A stretch of DNA of 64,000 nt from a virus. The position numbers and the translations under genes were made by a program. The stretch is taken from positions 1 through 64,000 of the IMG/VR virus record IMGVR_UViG_3300044644_000945; one strand, given 5' to 3'. Positions within the stretch are counted from its first letter, which is position 1. Each line of letters begins with the position of its first letter. Shown here piece after piece: positions 39,828-50,561 of this stretch. The notes under the pieces were generated by a model. That model was not told the origin of the DNA, did no database searches, and was given only the letters and a program-made list of their open reading frames with translations.

Positions 39828-41657
39828 TTACATAATTGTCTTTGATTTTATAAGCTTATCTACTCTTTTAGATACATAAGCTATAATATCATTTGGAAGA
39901 TTTTTGATATCAGTCATCTTAATGTGATAATCAAACATTTCTTCACAAGGAACATGTTCTTCTATGGCAATCTGAATTACTTGAAAACCAAGTGATTGCG
40001 CCATAGTAACTTTCTTTCTGGTATCATCAATGGCTTTTTGACCATCATAACCACTTGCATATGGAGCACCATCAGAGATAACAAACAACAAACAAGGATC
40101 TTGATTCATAGATCTTATCTTTTTAGCAACAGCATATATGGCATGACCATCTCTGTTGTTATGTCTTGCAGATATATCACCTAGTGTATAACCATTGATA
40201 CCTTTACCATGTTCTACATATGTACGTATCATGGTATCACCATATGATCCTCCACCACCTCCATCTGCAGTATGACCATATACATATATTCTTGCATCTG
40301 GTACTTTTCTAAATACCTCATACAAGAATATAGCAGCTTGTCTTGCTTTCTTGATTTTGTGACCATCCATAGAACCAGACTCATCTACTAACACACCTAT
40401 GTTAAGCTTGTTAGTCTTAACTTCACCAAATCTTTCATAGATGGTAGGTACATTTTGCTTAGCTTCTGCAATCTTGTTAGTATCAAGTCTACCAGAACGC
40501 ATAGATTTCATAGCAAACTGATAATCTTTACATTTTCTAGCAAACAATTGTGCTAACACAGATGCTTTACATGTATCTATTTCTTTAAGTTCTCTTTGAT
40601 ATCTAGCTTTATCTACTTCTGGCTTAATAAACTTAATAGTACTATCGTCTGAATTACCATCAGAATCATAGTTATGTTTCTTAGGTGGAGCATTTTTCTC
40701 ATCCATGTCTTCAGTAAAATCCTGAAATTCTTTCATAGACTCTTCATCTTCTTCTACTGGAGCACCACTCATCATCTGTTCCATCAAAGATTTAGCAAGG
40801 TCATTCATATCATCAGCTGTAGGACCAGGATTTGGACAAGAACCATCTGGTTCAGGTTCTTCTTCATTATCTTTGATGTACTTTTTAACTACACCATGCA
40901 TGTAAGAAGCTTGTTGTTCACATTCTTGAGAAGTACTAGGAAAACCATGTTTTTTTACATAGCTTTCAATTTGTTTGATAGGTTTCTCAAACTCTTGCAT
41001 CTCTTCTTCAGTAATATGTGCAGGATATCTTAGAAACTTAGTAATAAGCTCTAACAATCTTTTACCTTCATGTTCTTCAGAAGACAATGGTTCATATGTT
41101 TCATCAAACTTATGTTGCTTATACTTTTGCACAAACTTACTATATCCTGGAAATCTTTCTGCAAGCTTTTTATTTACACGCTCTGTGTTTAAGATTGTAA
41201 ATAACAAATCTTTAGGTGTAGTCCTAGTATCAGGAGACATAGCATTCATAGTACGTACATAATCACCTTTACCTTGCATTGTTGCAAGAGCTGCATTTTG
41301 TATAGCTGCACCATAAAATGCATCTAGCAATTTTGTGTCATGATTTTTATACTTTCCATCTTCACCTTTTAGCATAGTAAGTGGTACATGTATAGTTGGT
41401 GCAGTAGTAGCTCTTACATCTTGTCTTTGCAACTTAGATGTAAGTTTCATGTCTTTTGTGACATTCATAACTTTAAACATACTACCAATCATGTTAGCAG
41501 CTGTTTTAAGATTTTGTGTATCTCTTACAAAATATGAAGAGTAACCACTTCTAGGTGCATCATCCCAGTCAAACAACTCATTTCTTTTGTCATAAAAAGA
41601 ATATGCATCTTCTTCTTTTCTTCTAAACCAATCTCTATTAAAACCTATTTTACTCAT
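39828..41657 (-). CDS. VWA-domain (CobT-like) partner protein
   Basis: SGRLD, LVDESGSM (MIDAS), N.DG.AI, VISDGAP. Confidence 0.85.
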   Translation of the reverse strand: MSKIGFNRDWFRRKEEDAYSFYDKRNELFDWDDAPRSGYSSYFVRDTQNLKTAANMIGSMFKVMNVTKDMKLTSKLQRQDVRATTAPTIHVPLTMLKGEDGKYKNHDTKLLDAFYGAAIQNAALATMQGKGDYVRTMNAMSPDTRTTPKDLLFTILNTERVNKKLAERFPGYSKFVQKYKQHKFDETYEPLSSEEHEGKRLLELITKFLRYPAHITEEEMQEFEKPIKQIESYVKKHGFPSTSQECEQQASYMHGVVKKYIKDNEEEPEPDGSCPNPGPTADDMNDLAKSLMEQMMSGAPVEEDEESMKEFQDFTEDMDEKNAPPKKHNYDSDGNSDDSTIKFIKPEVDKARYQRELKEIDTCKASVLAQLFARKCKDYQFAMKSMRSGRLDTNKIAEAKQNVPTIYERFGEVKTNKLNIGVLVDESGSMDGHKIKKARQAAIFLYEVFRKVPDARIYVYGHTADGGGGGSYGDTMIRTYVEHGKGINGYTLGDISARHNNRDGHAIYAVAKKIRSMNQDPCLLFVISDGAPYASGYDGQKAIDDTRKKVTMAQSLGFQVIQIAIEEHVPCEEMFDYHIKMTDIKNLPNDIIAYVSKRVDKLIKSKTIM

Positions 41658-41678
41658 AGTGTTTTTGTATTATAAAAA

Positions 41679-41700
41679 AGGGAGACTGTTACATCTCCCT
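41679..41700 (-). terminator. Terminator hairpin (GTAA-loop family)
   Basis: AGGGAGAT-GTAACA-GTCTCCCT followed by T run. Confidence 0.65.
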
Positions 41701-41714
41701 GTTTTAGGTTATTA

Positions 41715-42998
41715 TTAAAATGCAGAAATTATAGATTTAACCTTAGCACGCTCAGATGCACCTATGCTATCCTCAAATAGAGGCATAACAACACATTCTA
41801 TAGCATTGATCAAGTCAAATCCATCTACTACTAAACCAGCAGTTTGAAGAGTATGTCTAACAGATATGCTAGTAGACAACTCTTGGTCTTTGTATTGCTT
41901 TCTAACCTCATTAGCTACTTTTACAATAGCTTTTGCAGGTTTCTCTTCAATACCAGTTCTAATCATAAGAACTTTAATTTCGTCTTTCTCCTGTGGATAC
42001 TGTGTCTCAATAGGGAAAAATCTATCTAGTAATGCTCTATCTAATGCATTAGTACCTGAATACTCAGAACCAATATTAGCAGTTGCAATAAACACAGTAT
42101 CAGGATGAACTTCAATCTTTTGATCTGCTTCATCATGAGCCACATCTACAGGCAAATATCTTCTACCATCTAAACATGGGAACAAGATATTATTAGCTGC
42201 CAGTGGAGCTCTAGAAAGCTCGTCTAAGAGCACAATTCCACCTGACTGGATATGAGATACAAATGGAGCTGTTTTGAACTCAGAAATGCCTTCTTTATTA
42301 AGTGTATGAACACCTAGTAAAGCAGACTGAGCATCTTGAACAGTACCCATATCTTGTATAAACATTTCTTTACCCAAAGCTTTAGCCAAGTGTTTAACAA
42401 TTTCTGTTTTACCAGTACCAGTGTCGCCTATTAACATGATATTTTCACCACGTAATACATTGCGTACAAGTAAATACCACATGTCAGGTTCAATATGGAA
42501 ACCTATGTCTTCTCTTGTAGGTACAGGATACTTAGCTGCAATAGTTCTTTTAAGACTTGCACCTGATGATGCTGTAGCACCTGCTGCAGGCATGGCAAAC
42601 TTAGCATCCCAGTCAATTGTATATCCATAAGGAGTAAACAACTCAGACATCTTTTTGGCATTTTCTATACCACACCACTCAATGGTTGGATTATCAATCA
42701 TATAGTCCATTAGATAATCAATAATAGGATTAGCTTCTGGACACTGTTGCTTGTATGCAGTGTTATTATATGTCAATGCAACAATATCTTCTTTGCGAAA
42801 GTGCAAGTGATCAGCTTCTGGGAAGTCATATTTATGTGCTGCAAACACAGTACCTAAAGGAAATGCTACAATCTCAGCAATAGGAGCAGTTATTTTGATG
42901 TCCTGTACTGCAATTGGTAATGTTTTCTCAAAGGATTGACCTGGCAATGTTTCAATTTGAAAACTTGTTCCTTCTAAAAATGCTCTAAATAAAATCAT
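41715..42998 (-). CDS. MoxR/CobS-like AAA+ ATPase
   Basis: GDTGTGKT, LLDELSR, IATAN.G..Y.GT..LDRALLDRF. Confidence 0.88.
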   Translation of the reverse strand: MILFRAFLEGTSFQIETLPGQSFEKTLPIAVQDIKITAPIAEIVAFPLGTVFAAHKYDFPEADHLHFRKEDIVALTYNNTAYKQQCPEANPIIDYLMDYMIDNPTIEWCGIENAKKMSELFTPYGYTIDWDAKFAMPAAGATASSGASLKRTIAAKYPVPTREDIGFHIEPDMWYLLVRNVLRGENIMLIGDTGTGKTEIVKHLAKALGKEMFIQDMGTVQDAQSALLGVHTLNKEGISEFKTAPFVSHIQSGGIVLLDELSRAPLAANNILFPCLDGRRYLPVDVAHDEADQKIEVHPDTVFIATANIGSEYSGTNALDRALLDRFFPIETQYPQEKDEIKVLMIRTGIEEKPAKAIVKVANEVRKQYKDQELSTSISVRHTLQTAGLVVDGFDLINAIECVVMPLFEDSIGASERAKVKSIISAF

Positions 42999-43081
42999 AA
43001 TTTGATGTATAAATAATTAATAATGTTTGAATTTTTCTTAAAAAAGTAAATACTTTTAATTTGTCATATATAAAAAAAGTA

Positions 43082-43107
43082 AAAAGGTGCCATTTTTGAC
43101 ACCTTTT
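43082..43107 (-). terminator. Terminator hairpin
   Basis: AAAAGGTG-CCATTTTTGA-CACCTTTT. Confidence 0.55.
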
Positions 43108-43111
43108 ATTA

Positions 43112-43591
43112 TTATGCTAAACCTCCCTTGAAGTCTGTGATGTTGAAATTACTATCATCATCATCACTATCAGGTCCTAGTTCATCAAGCTTAAGTTGTT
43201 CAAGTTCAATTCTAATTTTAGCTATTGATTCTTCATCTTGTTCTTCAAAAGCTTTGTCTAATCTTCTCTTGATGTCAATCACTTTATCTTTGATATGTTT
43301 AGGTAAACTATTTAAAGCATTTTCAATTTGATTAGAAATTTTACTGATTGTTTTTGTATTGTTCTTTTGTGACAACTCTGAAACAATTTCTTCTTTAGTA
43401 TCTTGAAGATTCTGAATAAGAATATCAATCATACCTATAGTCTCAAAGGGTTTACCTTTTGATATCATCATAGATGCATGAGGTACACCATCTTCAGTTA
43501 CATCAACACCTACAAGGAAATGAGAGTTAAATCCTGGTTGATCAATTTCTTTTTTAAAATCTTGCAATTTGTCTAATACACTTTTTTTCAT
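43112..43591 (-). CDS. Hypothetical protein
   Basis: 159-aa ORF. Confidence 0.55.
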   Translation of the reverse strand: MKKSVLDKLQDFKKEIDQPGFNSHFLVGVDVTEDGVPHASMMISKGKPFETIGMIDILIQNLQDTKEEIVSELSQKNNTKTISKISNQIENALNSLPKHIKDKVIDIKRRLDKAFEEQDEESIAKIRIELEQLKLDELGPDSDDDDSNFNITDFKGGLA

Positions 43592-43600
43592 GTTTTTTAT

Positions 43601-43921
43601 TTATTTGAATTGTTCTAATAATTTTGTCACTGAGTCATCACATTGTTCTATAATGTTTACTACAGGTGTTAATTTATCAATTATATCACATGCAGTTTTG
43701 TAGTATTCTGTCTCTTTGAACTTTGCTACATACTCTGGTTTAACTTCTTTAATAGCTGTTGCTATTCCCAATGGTGTTTCTACTTGTTTACTCACCACAT
43801 TCTTGTCAAGGTTCTTATCAAGAACTGTTTTATAGTTTTTAAGTCTATAATACATGAATATTATCTCTGCATTATTTAGACCTGCAAATCTATTTTCTTC
43901 TGAAACTTTTTTCTTAGCCAT
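43601..43921 (-). CDS. Hypothetical protein
   Basis: 106-aa ORF. Confidence 0.55.
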   Translation of the reverse strand: MAKKKVSEENRFAGLNNAEIIFMYYRLKNYKTVLDKNLDKNVVSKQVETPLGIATAIKEVKPEYVAKFKETEYYKTACDIIDKLTPVVNIIEQCDDSVTKLLEQFK

Positions 43922-44441
43922 TTAAATCAATGTTTTCAGGTGTAATAAATAAAAAGTTTTTTGGTAATAACCTTCTCTTAATGAACTCATTAACTATATC
44001 TACAGTAGATATACCTAATTTTTTAAGAGTTGCATTTTTAGGTAATGTCATTAACCAATCAAAATCTCTTTCTCCAATTTTAGCATGTGGAAAAATAGAC
44101 TTAACAAGATTTGTTTCATTTCTATAAAAGACTTTTGCTTTCATAACATGTAAAATCTTTGATGCTTTTTGATAGTCATTTACCACCTGTGTAATAGTAC
44201 TAGGTGTCATAGCAGCAATCTGCTCTGGACTATACTCTTTTAAACCATACATCAATCTTCTGTACATTTGTCTTTGTACTAAGTTAAGATGCAAGTTATC
44301 AGCAGTTTTTTGAACATTTTTGTTCTTATACTCTGATTTTGCCTGATAAGTATCTGCATATTTTAGCAAATTTGTTTTACCAGCTTTGTCATACACAATA
44401 ATTCCTTGAGAATTAGCTGTAATAATTGTTTTATTTTTCAT
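43914..44441 (-). CDS. Hypothetical protein
   Basis: 175-aa ORF. Confidence 0.55.
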   Translation of the reverse strand: MKNKTIITANSQGIIVYDKAGKTNLLKYADTYQAKSEYKNKNVQKTADNLHLNLVQRQMYRRLMYGLKEYSPEQIAAMTPSTITQVVNDYQKASKILHVMKAKVFYRNETNLVKSIFPHAKIGERDFDWLMTLPKNATLKKLGISTVDIVNEFIKRRLLPKNFLFITPENIDLNG

Positions 44442-44663
44442 TTTATAAAACTTTTAGTTAATAATACTTTAACTTCAACAGATTTAACTCTGTTATATTT
44501 GACATTTATTCTTATTCTAAGCTTTTCATAATAGCTTTTATCTGCTCGCTTAAAGGTTCTTGTACTGATTGAATTGCTTCAACCCATATACATTTAGCCA
44601 CTGATTCAGTTACACCAGCTAAAGTATATAAATCTTTGTTCTTAGACCACCATGTTTCAAAAC

Positions 44664-44951
44664 TCATAATATATCTGTATAATCATCTGTTTCTTTAACT
44701 ATCTTGATAAATCTTGCATCTAAAAACTCTGTGAGTACTATTTTGTCAAGACTTGTATCTGGTACATTTTCATCATACAATGATAAATCAATAGTTTCTA
44801 AATACTCATCTGTATCTGTATTAAAGATATCTACAGACAGACTGTCTAAATTATACTCTAGCATGAGAGCATTAATAGCAGCAGGTTCTACATAGTACAT
44901 TTTTTGTACCTTGTTACCTAGGTTAATAACTTCTGTTAAGGTTGCTTCCAT
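44664..44951 (-). CDS. Hypothetical acidic protein
   Basis: 95-aa ORF. Confidence 0.5.
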   Translation of the reverse strand: MEATLTEVINLGNKVQKMYYVEPAAINALMLEYNLDSLSVDIFNTDTDEYLETIDLSLYDENVPDTSLDKIVLTEFLDARFIKIVKETDDYTDIL

Positions 44952-44953
44952 AA

Positions 44954-45757
44954 TTACATGATAGATTTAATAAGTTTGTTATATTCTTCAGGATCTTGTG
45001 TAACCATTTTAAACTTGTCTTTATTAAGTTTAAGATTTGCTATAAATTTAGCATGACCATATGAATTACAAGTATTAATAAAATTAACATATGATGCAAT
45101 AAAGAGTTTATTACTCATTCTATCCATTCTTTTAACAACTTTTAAAGCATCTGTAATACAATCAAGTAAAAATACACCTCTAGATTCATCATTAATTCTA
45201 AATTCTCCTTTTTTAATACAAGATGAAATTGAACTACCACCTGAACTAAATCTACATTGTTGATTCATAAGTACATCAGCAACTTGAGATAATTCAATAT
45301 CATAAATATTAAAATACTTGTTTAACTTGATGTAATCTTTTTCAACACATGCCCATACTTTGATATAATCACGCATTGACCATGATTTAGAACTATTGTT
45401 TAACAATGCTAATTTTTCAGCAAGATCTACTGAATCTGCTATATCAATTTCTACATAAGGTACATCATAACCTAATCTCATGCACGCATGATATAAATGT
45501 TGACCATCAATGATATAATTTTCTGGTGTACCACAAATAAAGTCTAATTGAGATATTACAATAGGTCTTATTATACCCATCTTTTCAATTGATTCTGCCA
45601 TTTTAGTAACATGTTGTGGAATCACTGATCTATTAACTGCTGCTAATAATGCAAATCCTTTACTACCTGAAAGACTTAAATGTTTAATTTCTAATTTTTT
45701 GTGTTTCATAATTACTTGTTTTGTGAAGATGACACATTTTCGTGCTTTAATCTTCAA
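44954..45757 (-). CDS. ParB/Srx-fold (DGQH) protein; true start possibly ATG at 45709
   Basis: NR......V..M..SI...G...PI...YIIDGQH. Confidence 0.7.
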   Translation of the reverse strand: MKIKARKCVIFTKQVIMKHKKLEIKHLSLSGSKGFALLAAVNRSVIPQHVTKMAESIEKMGIIRPIVISQLDFICGTPENYIIDGQHLYHACMRLGYDVPYVEIDIADSVDLAEKLALLNNSSKSWSMRDYIKVWACVEKDYIKLNKYFNIYDIELSQVADVLMNQQCRFSSGGSSISSCIKKGEFRINDESRGVFLLDCITDALKVVKRMDRMSNKLFIASYVNFINTCNSYGHAKFIANLKLNKDKFKMVTQDPEEYNKLIKSIM

Positions 45758-45938
45758 TTAATGTTTTTGTATTGTATTTGAGTAACAATATCTTTTCTAC
45801 TTTGCCAAATCTTACTTTGATAGCCTCGCCAGGTATAACATTGATGACTTCACCTGTACCAAACTTGGTATGTTTGATAAAATCACCAATATTATATGCT
45901 CTTTCACCATTCTCTGGTGTACTTTTACTTTTCGCCAT
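45747..45938 (-). CDS. Small Tudor/SH3-like protein
   Basis: GD.IKH.KFG.G.V.....I.V.F....K.L, like the PcrA/UvrD C-terminal Tudor domain. Confidence 0.55.
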   Translation of the reverse strand: MAKSKSTPENGERAYNIGDFIKHTKFGTGEVINVIPGEAIKVRFGKVEKILLLKYNTKTLIED

Positions 45939-46248
45939 TTTCTTTTTTTATTAAATCTATTGCTCTTTGATGTCCTTCAAGAGCATCTTCATAAGATGAG
46001 TATCTCTCCTGATATTGGTCATTTATTCCTCCAAATATCATGGTTTCCCATAATATAAGACCTTTGTTATCCCAAGAATGATCTAATCCAAGAAATACTG
46101 TTGATACACTTATTTCATTGCCATTTTCATCTTCTAAGATATCAAATCCAATTTGTTTTTTAGTTGGATTTTCTTCTATCCATTTTGATGCTTCTCTTAC
46201 AGATACAGCAACAGGCTGATTATCAGCAGTTAATATATACCAGCTCAT
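45925..46248 (-). CDS. Conserved phage hypothetical protein
   Basis: VSTVFLGLDH...ETMIFGG...RY...A..GH. Confidence 0.6.
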   Translation of the reverse strand: MSWYILTADNQPVAVSVREASKWIEENPTKKQIGFDILEDENGNEISVSTVFLGLDHSWDNKGLILWETMIFGGINDQYQERYSSYEDALEGHQRAIDLIKKENGEK

Positions 46249-46604
46249 GATTTTTCTTTATTATGTTTATGTACTTTCTTAGCTACACCTATCATAGACT
46301 TCTGATCTATAAAATATGCATCTATTAAATCTTTGACATTTTGCATTTCCCACAAAGGAACCTGTGCCATTACATGTACGTATGCATCAAATGTTTCATA
46401 CAAATTAACAGTTTCTTCTTCTTTCTGGTCAAAATATAAATCAAAGAACTTACTTTCTAACTTCTTAAATTGTAATAAAAAGTTATTTACAAAGTTTTTA
46501 AAAACTCCTGTAAACCAATTTTCTGCTTTCATATCTACTATGTAGTTCTGAAGCACCTGTGCAGCTATAGCTGTGTGTAATACTTTTAGTTCTCTAGGTA
46601 TCAT
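46245..46604 (-). CDS. Hypothetical protein
   Basis: ATGA-coupled ORF. Confidence 0.55.
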   Translation of the reverse strand: MIPRELKVLHTAIAAQVLQNYIVDMKAENWFTGVFKNFVNNFLLQFKKLESKFFDLYFDQKEEETVNLYETFDAYVHVMAQVPLWEMQNVKDLIDAYFIDQKSMIGVAKKVHKHNKEKS

Positions 46605-46906
46605 CTCTTAATTTTTTGTTTAGATGTATGTAATATTTTAAAGCATGAAGGGTCAAAATTTACATGATATCTATTATTTTCAATAGTTACTGCAAATTCA
46701 AAGCCTTCTCCTTCTTTTAAAACAGGTATGTTGTCTATAATATTATATTGCCATGGTCTTATTCTACACCAAGTTACTGCACCTACAGGTACATCATCAC
46801 ACCAAACACAATTTTTTACATTATTATGCCAATGCAGAGGTTTAATAACTTCTAAGAACAAAATATCTTTAGTATCTTCAGGTATTGGATTATACTTATA
46901 GCTCAT
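46601..46906 (-). CDS. Hypothetical protein
   Basis: ORF in operon. Confidence 0.55.
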   Translation of the reverse strand: MSYKYNPIPEDTKDILFLEVIKPLHWHNNVKNCVWCDDVPVGAVTWCRIRPWQYNIIDNIPVLKEGEGFEFAVTIENNRYHVNFDPSCFKILHTSKQKIKR

Positions 46907-46908
46907 GA

Positions 46909-47532
46909 TTATCTTGTTAAATTTAAACTATTTAAACCTCCTGCTAGACATTTAATATCTTCTATCAACACTTGTTTATTAGGCTTGCCTAATTGTTGCC
47001 ACTTGTTACAACTAATAGTAACATACTTGTGGTCCATGGCAATAATCTTGTACATACCTTCAAATGTTTTTAAGTGTATTCTATTACCTATCTTGTACTG
47101 ATATCTGTTTTTCAACAGCATGTACAGTCCTATCAATTTATGATATGAGTAATCATCATTTGATGCAAGATATAACAGCTGAATGTTGTTTATTTTATTG
47201 ATAGAATACTGTTCAGCTTTATAGTCATCACAAATTGTGACATCTTGTGCTACTGTAATAGGTAATATGTGCTCTTGTATTTTTATAAGAACACAACCAT
47301 TTGGATCTAACTTCTTAGAGTGTTGAACAGTTGATAAGTTGATTGCAGAAACATTTTCTTCTTTTAAGAATTCATTTCTATAATCTCTTAGCTTTTTAAG
47401 AACACTTGCTATGTTATCTAGTTCTTTATGAACTAAATCTATAGCAAATGTTCTATCATCAATCTGTTTACAGCTAAGAATGCACTTATATAAAGATGTC
47501 CTTAACTGCTTTGGAAACTCCAGATTCACCAT
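46909..47532 (-). CDS. Hypothetical protein
   Basis: 207-aa ORF. Confidence 0.55.
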   Translation of the reverse strand: MVNLEFPKQLRTSLYKCILSCKQIDDRTFAIDLVHKELDNIASVLKKLRDYRNEFLKEENVSAINLSTVQHSKKLDPNGCVLIKIQEHILPITVAQDVTICDDYKAEQYSINKINNIQLLYLASNDDYSYHKLIGLYMLLKNRYQYKIGNRIHLKTFEGMYKIIAMDHKYVTISCNKWQQLGKPNKQVLIEDIKCLAGGLNSLNLTR

Positions 47533-47680
47533 ATTTTTCCATTATTTCTATATACTGAGCTTCTTGCTCATAATAGTTTTGCAAGTCTGATTTCTCTTCT
47601 TGTGTAAGACGATCATAACTTTTGTTGTACATCACTTCTGCGTAATGTTGTTTTTCTTCAGGACTAATTTCTAGTGCCAT
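47486..47680 (-). CDS. Hypothetical protein
   Basis: 64-aa ORF. Confidence 0.5.
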   Translation of the reverse strand: MALEISPEEKQHYAEVMYNKSYDRLTQEEKSDLQNYYEQEAQYIEIMEKYGESGVSKAVKDIFI

Positions 47681-48128
47681 AATCTTAATTTTGTTTGAGT
47701 TGGTTAATAATCTTTTTTTTGCACATATCTTGCAATTCTTTTACAGTTTCTACATCTGTACTTGTGTATTATTGTCAATACTTTAATGCAACTATACTGA
47801 ACAGGGTCAGTTGATGCAACTAACAAACCTTCAGAGGTCTGTAATCTTCTACGTTTTTCTTTACGCGCCATGTTATAAAGAGATTAGAGTTAATAACAGA
47901 AACACCTTCATAGAATTTTCTCTACAAAGGTGTTCTGTTACATAAAACATTATGACAAATTGCAGTCTTTCCTGCTGTCACCTATATACAAATTATACTT
48001 AAATGAAATAATATTTGAATGTAAGTTAAGTATTTAACTAATTAAAGCATTTGTACGACCAACATTTCAAGGTTTGAAAGGATTAATATCACCTACATTC
48101 ATAAGTACTCTTCCGTCAAAGAGCAATA

Positions 48129-48386
48129 CTAAAATGATATAGCACTTTTAAGATGCAAAGCATCTTTTTGCAGTATATCATAAGCTTTTGCCATGTCTAT
48201 CATGTCTTTATCTCTAAGATCTGCTAGTTTTTTAGTGATAGACTGGATAATTTCATTTTGTTCTGTAGTAGTAAAATCTCTTCTAAGAAGAAATACAACT
48301 TTATCTACATACTCATTTTTAATTTCTGGCTCTGGAGTAAGAAAAGCTAACAGCTTTACTCTCCAATTTTGTACTAGTTTTTTCAT
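48129..48386 (-). CDS. Hypothetical protein (start revised to ATG 48386)
   Basis: MKKLVQNW with A-rich leader. Confidence 0.5.
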   Translation of the reverse strand: MKKLVQNWRVKLLAFLTPEPEIKNEYVDKVVFLLRRDFTTTEQNEIIQSITKKLADLRDKDMIDMAKAYDILQKDALHLKSAISF

Positions 48387-48981
48387 AATATTTAATGATT
48401 TGTTTGTTAATTTTTTATTAGCACCCTCTTTCTTACACTGGGAAGTGATAGCAGCCTCACTGTTCGTATTCACTGTTCTGAAATAAGAGTAGGGTCAAGC
48501 TGAGAACTCATTTGTGTTGCTTTTTGGAAACCTCAGAGTATTTCATCATCATGGGTAATATTTACAAGCTTCTTAACCTATTCCTTTCTCAAGGGAACAA
48601 CACATCTACCATTACTGATAGTATCTTTATGTAAAACCACGCCAATTTGGCTAACTTTTTACAAAGGTTTCAATGTTTAACCTGTTTTGTACACTATATT
48701 ATACAAATATGCAAAAAAGCATGTAAAATGTATAATATAATGTACAGTTATTGTTACTAAAAGCGTGCTTTACAGGATGTCGCTTTTTGCCTGTGAAAAT
48801 ATAACAATATTATTACTTAGCTACTTCAAAGTAACCACAGAAGTAGCCATTTATTAATGTTTTATAAAACCTGACTGTTCTGTACCTGTTTTTTAGCAAT
48901 GTGTATGCTACAATGATTTCTTGATAAGTTCTTCTGATAAAATTGATAATTTTTGTTTTCATTTGATTTGTATAAGAGTTA

Positions 48982-49200
48982 TTAAAGTTCAGTTACTACA
49001 TCATTTACATATGCTGATGCTCCAAACCAACCTATTATTGTTACTATCCAAAAAGGAATGCTGGTGGTGCAATCTACAAAAGTCGCAGGTGTTAATATGC
49101 TAATAAAAACACTAATAATAAGAGGTATAAATATACCTAAGCATACTATGCTAAAAAGTATAACCATTGTATGCAATATTTTGTTTACTAAATTTTTCAT
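48982..49200 (-). CDS. Small membrane protein
   Basis: Two TM segments. Confidence 0.55.
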   Translation of the reverse strand: MKNLVNKILHTMVILFSIVCLGIFIPLIISVFISILTPATFVDCTTSIPFWIVTIIGWFGASAYVNDVVTEL

Positions 49201-49870
49201 TTGTTTGTTATTTGAGATTAAAAAATATGTGTTGCTCTCTTAGGTAAATTTTAACGTGCCAAACCTACATATAAGGCACAGGTGATTTTTCATCTATCAG
49301 TCTTAGAGCATTGACTGGTGACTACTTTCTTTCATAAAAAGCGGGTGGAAATAAAAATCATCATACTACATATAGTAATGATAATAGAGAATAAACATAT
49401 ATACTTACATACATAGTTTATGATAAAAGAACTAATTTTATGTTCTATTTACTGACTATCAGCTGTGTAGCTATATAGTCGCTGAATTTTTGTTGTTTTT
49501 GAGAAGATTTTTTGAGAGTTATAATAGTAGGAGAGTGGTTTTGTCATCATCTTAACCACTCTCTTGAACTATCATCTCAAACAAATAATGTTTCTCTTAA
49601 CTATCTCAGCTACAGAGAGTTAACTACTTATCAGTTGTGTTATTTATAGTAGTTACCATTGAAAAGAACTCTCACTGTTCTGTTGCATTATTCGCAATTG
49701 ACCCTCGTGCTGAGACAAAATTCTTTGCAGTATCTCTAACACATTCTACATATTACTGAGAATAGTGCAAGAAACAGTGTTGTTATCTTGTGAAAGAATT
49801 GTTTTTGTCTTATGTTGGAAAGAACTACACCCTTTTTCAGGGTGTGTTCTAACCTAATCAACTCAACTTA

Positions 49871-50425
49871 CTATGATGGTAAGTTGGCTGTTAACTGCTC
49901 TTGGGCAATTCTAAACGCATTCACTTCTTCAACATTGTTGTATTGCAACAATTTGTCTTTAGCTACACCTGTTGGGTCGTAGCTTGTGAAGCGCAGAATT
50001 CTGTTACCATTGTGTCTAAGCTCAATGCCTTCAGCACCTGTACGTTTAACAAACTTGGCAATAGCTGTTTCATATTCAGCTACTTCTTCAGCTGTATAAT
50101 CACTAACAGGAATTGCTTTCAATTCCTTTTTAATGTTCAGCCTGTTTTTAAGTTCAGGTCTGTTGTCAATATCAGCCTCAGAGATTTCTTCAATGTGAAG
50201 ACAACCCTGCATTTGATATTTCATTTTTGCAAGACTTGTTTCAAGCTTGCTAATCTCGCCACTAAACAACATAGATTTAGTGTTAGTGACGTGAAGACCA
50301 TTTGCTGTGAAACTTTCAGAAGTTTCTTCAACACGAAAATAACCACGTGGCTTGCTTGCGTCACGTTGAGTTTTGCTTGGTGTTACGTAGTCAACACCAT
50401 TCTTTGATTTACATACTGTAATCAT
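49871..50425 (-). CDS. Early hypothetical protein
   Basis: 184 aa; preceded by conserved leader; followed by hairpin at 49821-49850. Confidence 0.65.
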   Translation of the reverse strand: MITVCKSKNGVDYVTPSKTQRDASKPRGYFRVEETSESFTANGLHVTNTKSMLFSGEISKLETSLAKMKYQMQGCLHIEEISEADIDNRPELKNRLNIKKELKAIPVSDYTAEEVAEYETAIAKFVKRTGAEGIELRHNGNRILRFTSYDPTGVAKDKLLQYNNVEEVNAFRIAQEQLTANLPS

Positions 50426-50561
50426 AATAAGGATTTGTTTTAAAGTTATACTGAGCCTTTTGGGGGTGTGGTGGTGGTGTGTTGTTTTGCGCTCTGTTTG
50501 GTGGCGGTGTGGTGGTGTTTGTCTTTAAAAAGAGTGCTGTTGTTACACAGCACTCTTATTA

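Noticed and set aside
44954-45757. DndB / phosphorothioation system
   Set aside because: Only a lone ParB-like DGQH protein; no dnd or ssp genes nearby
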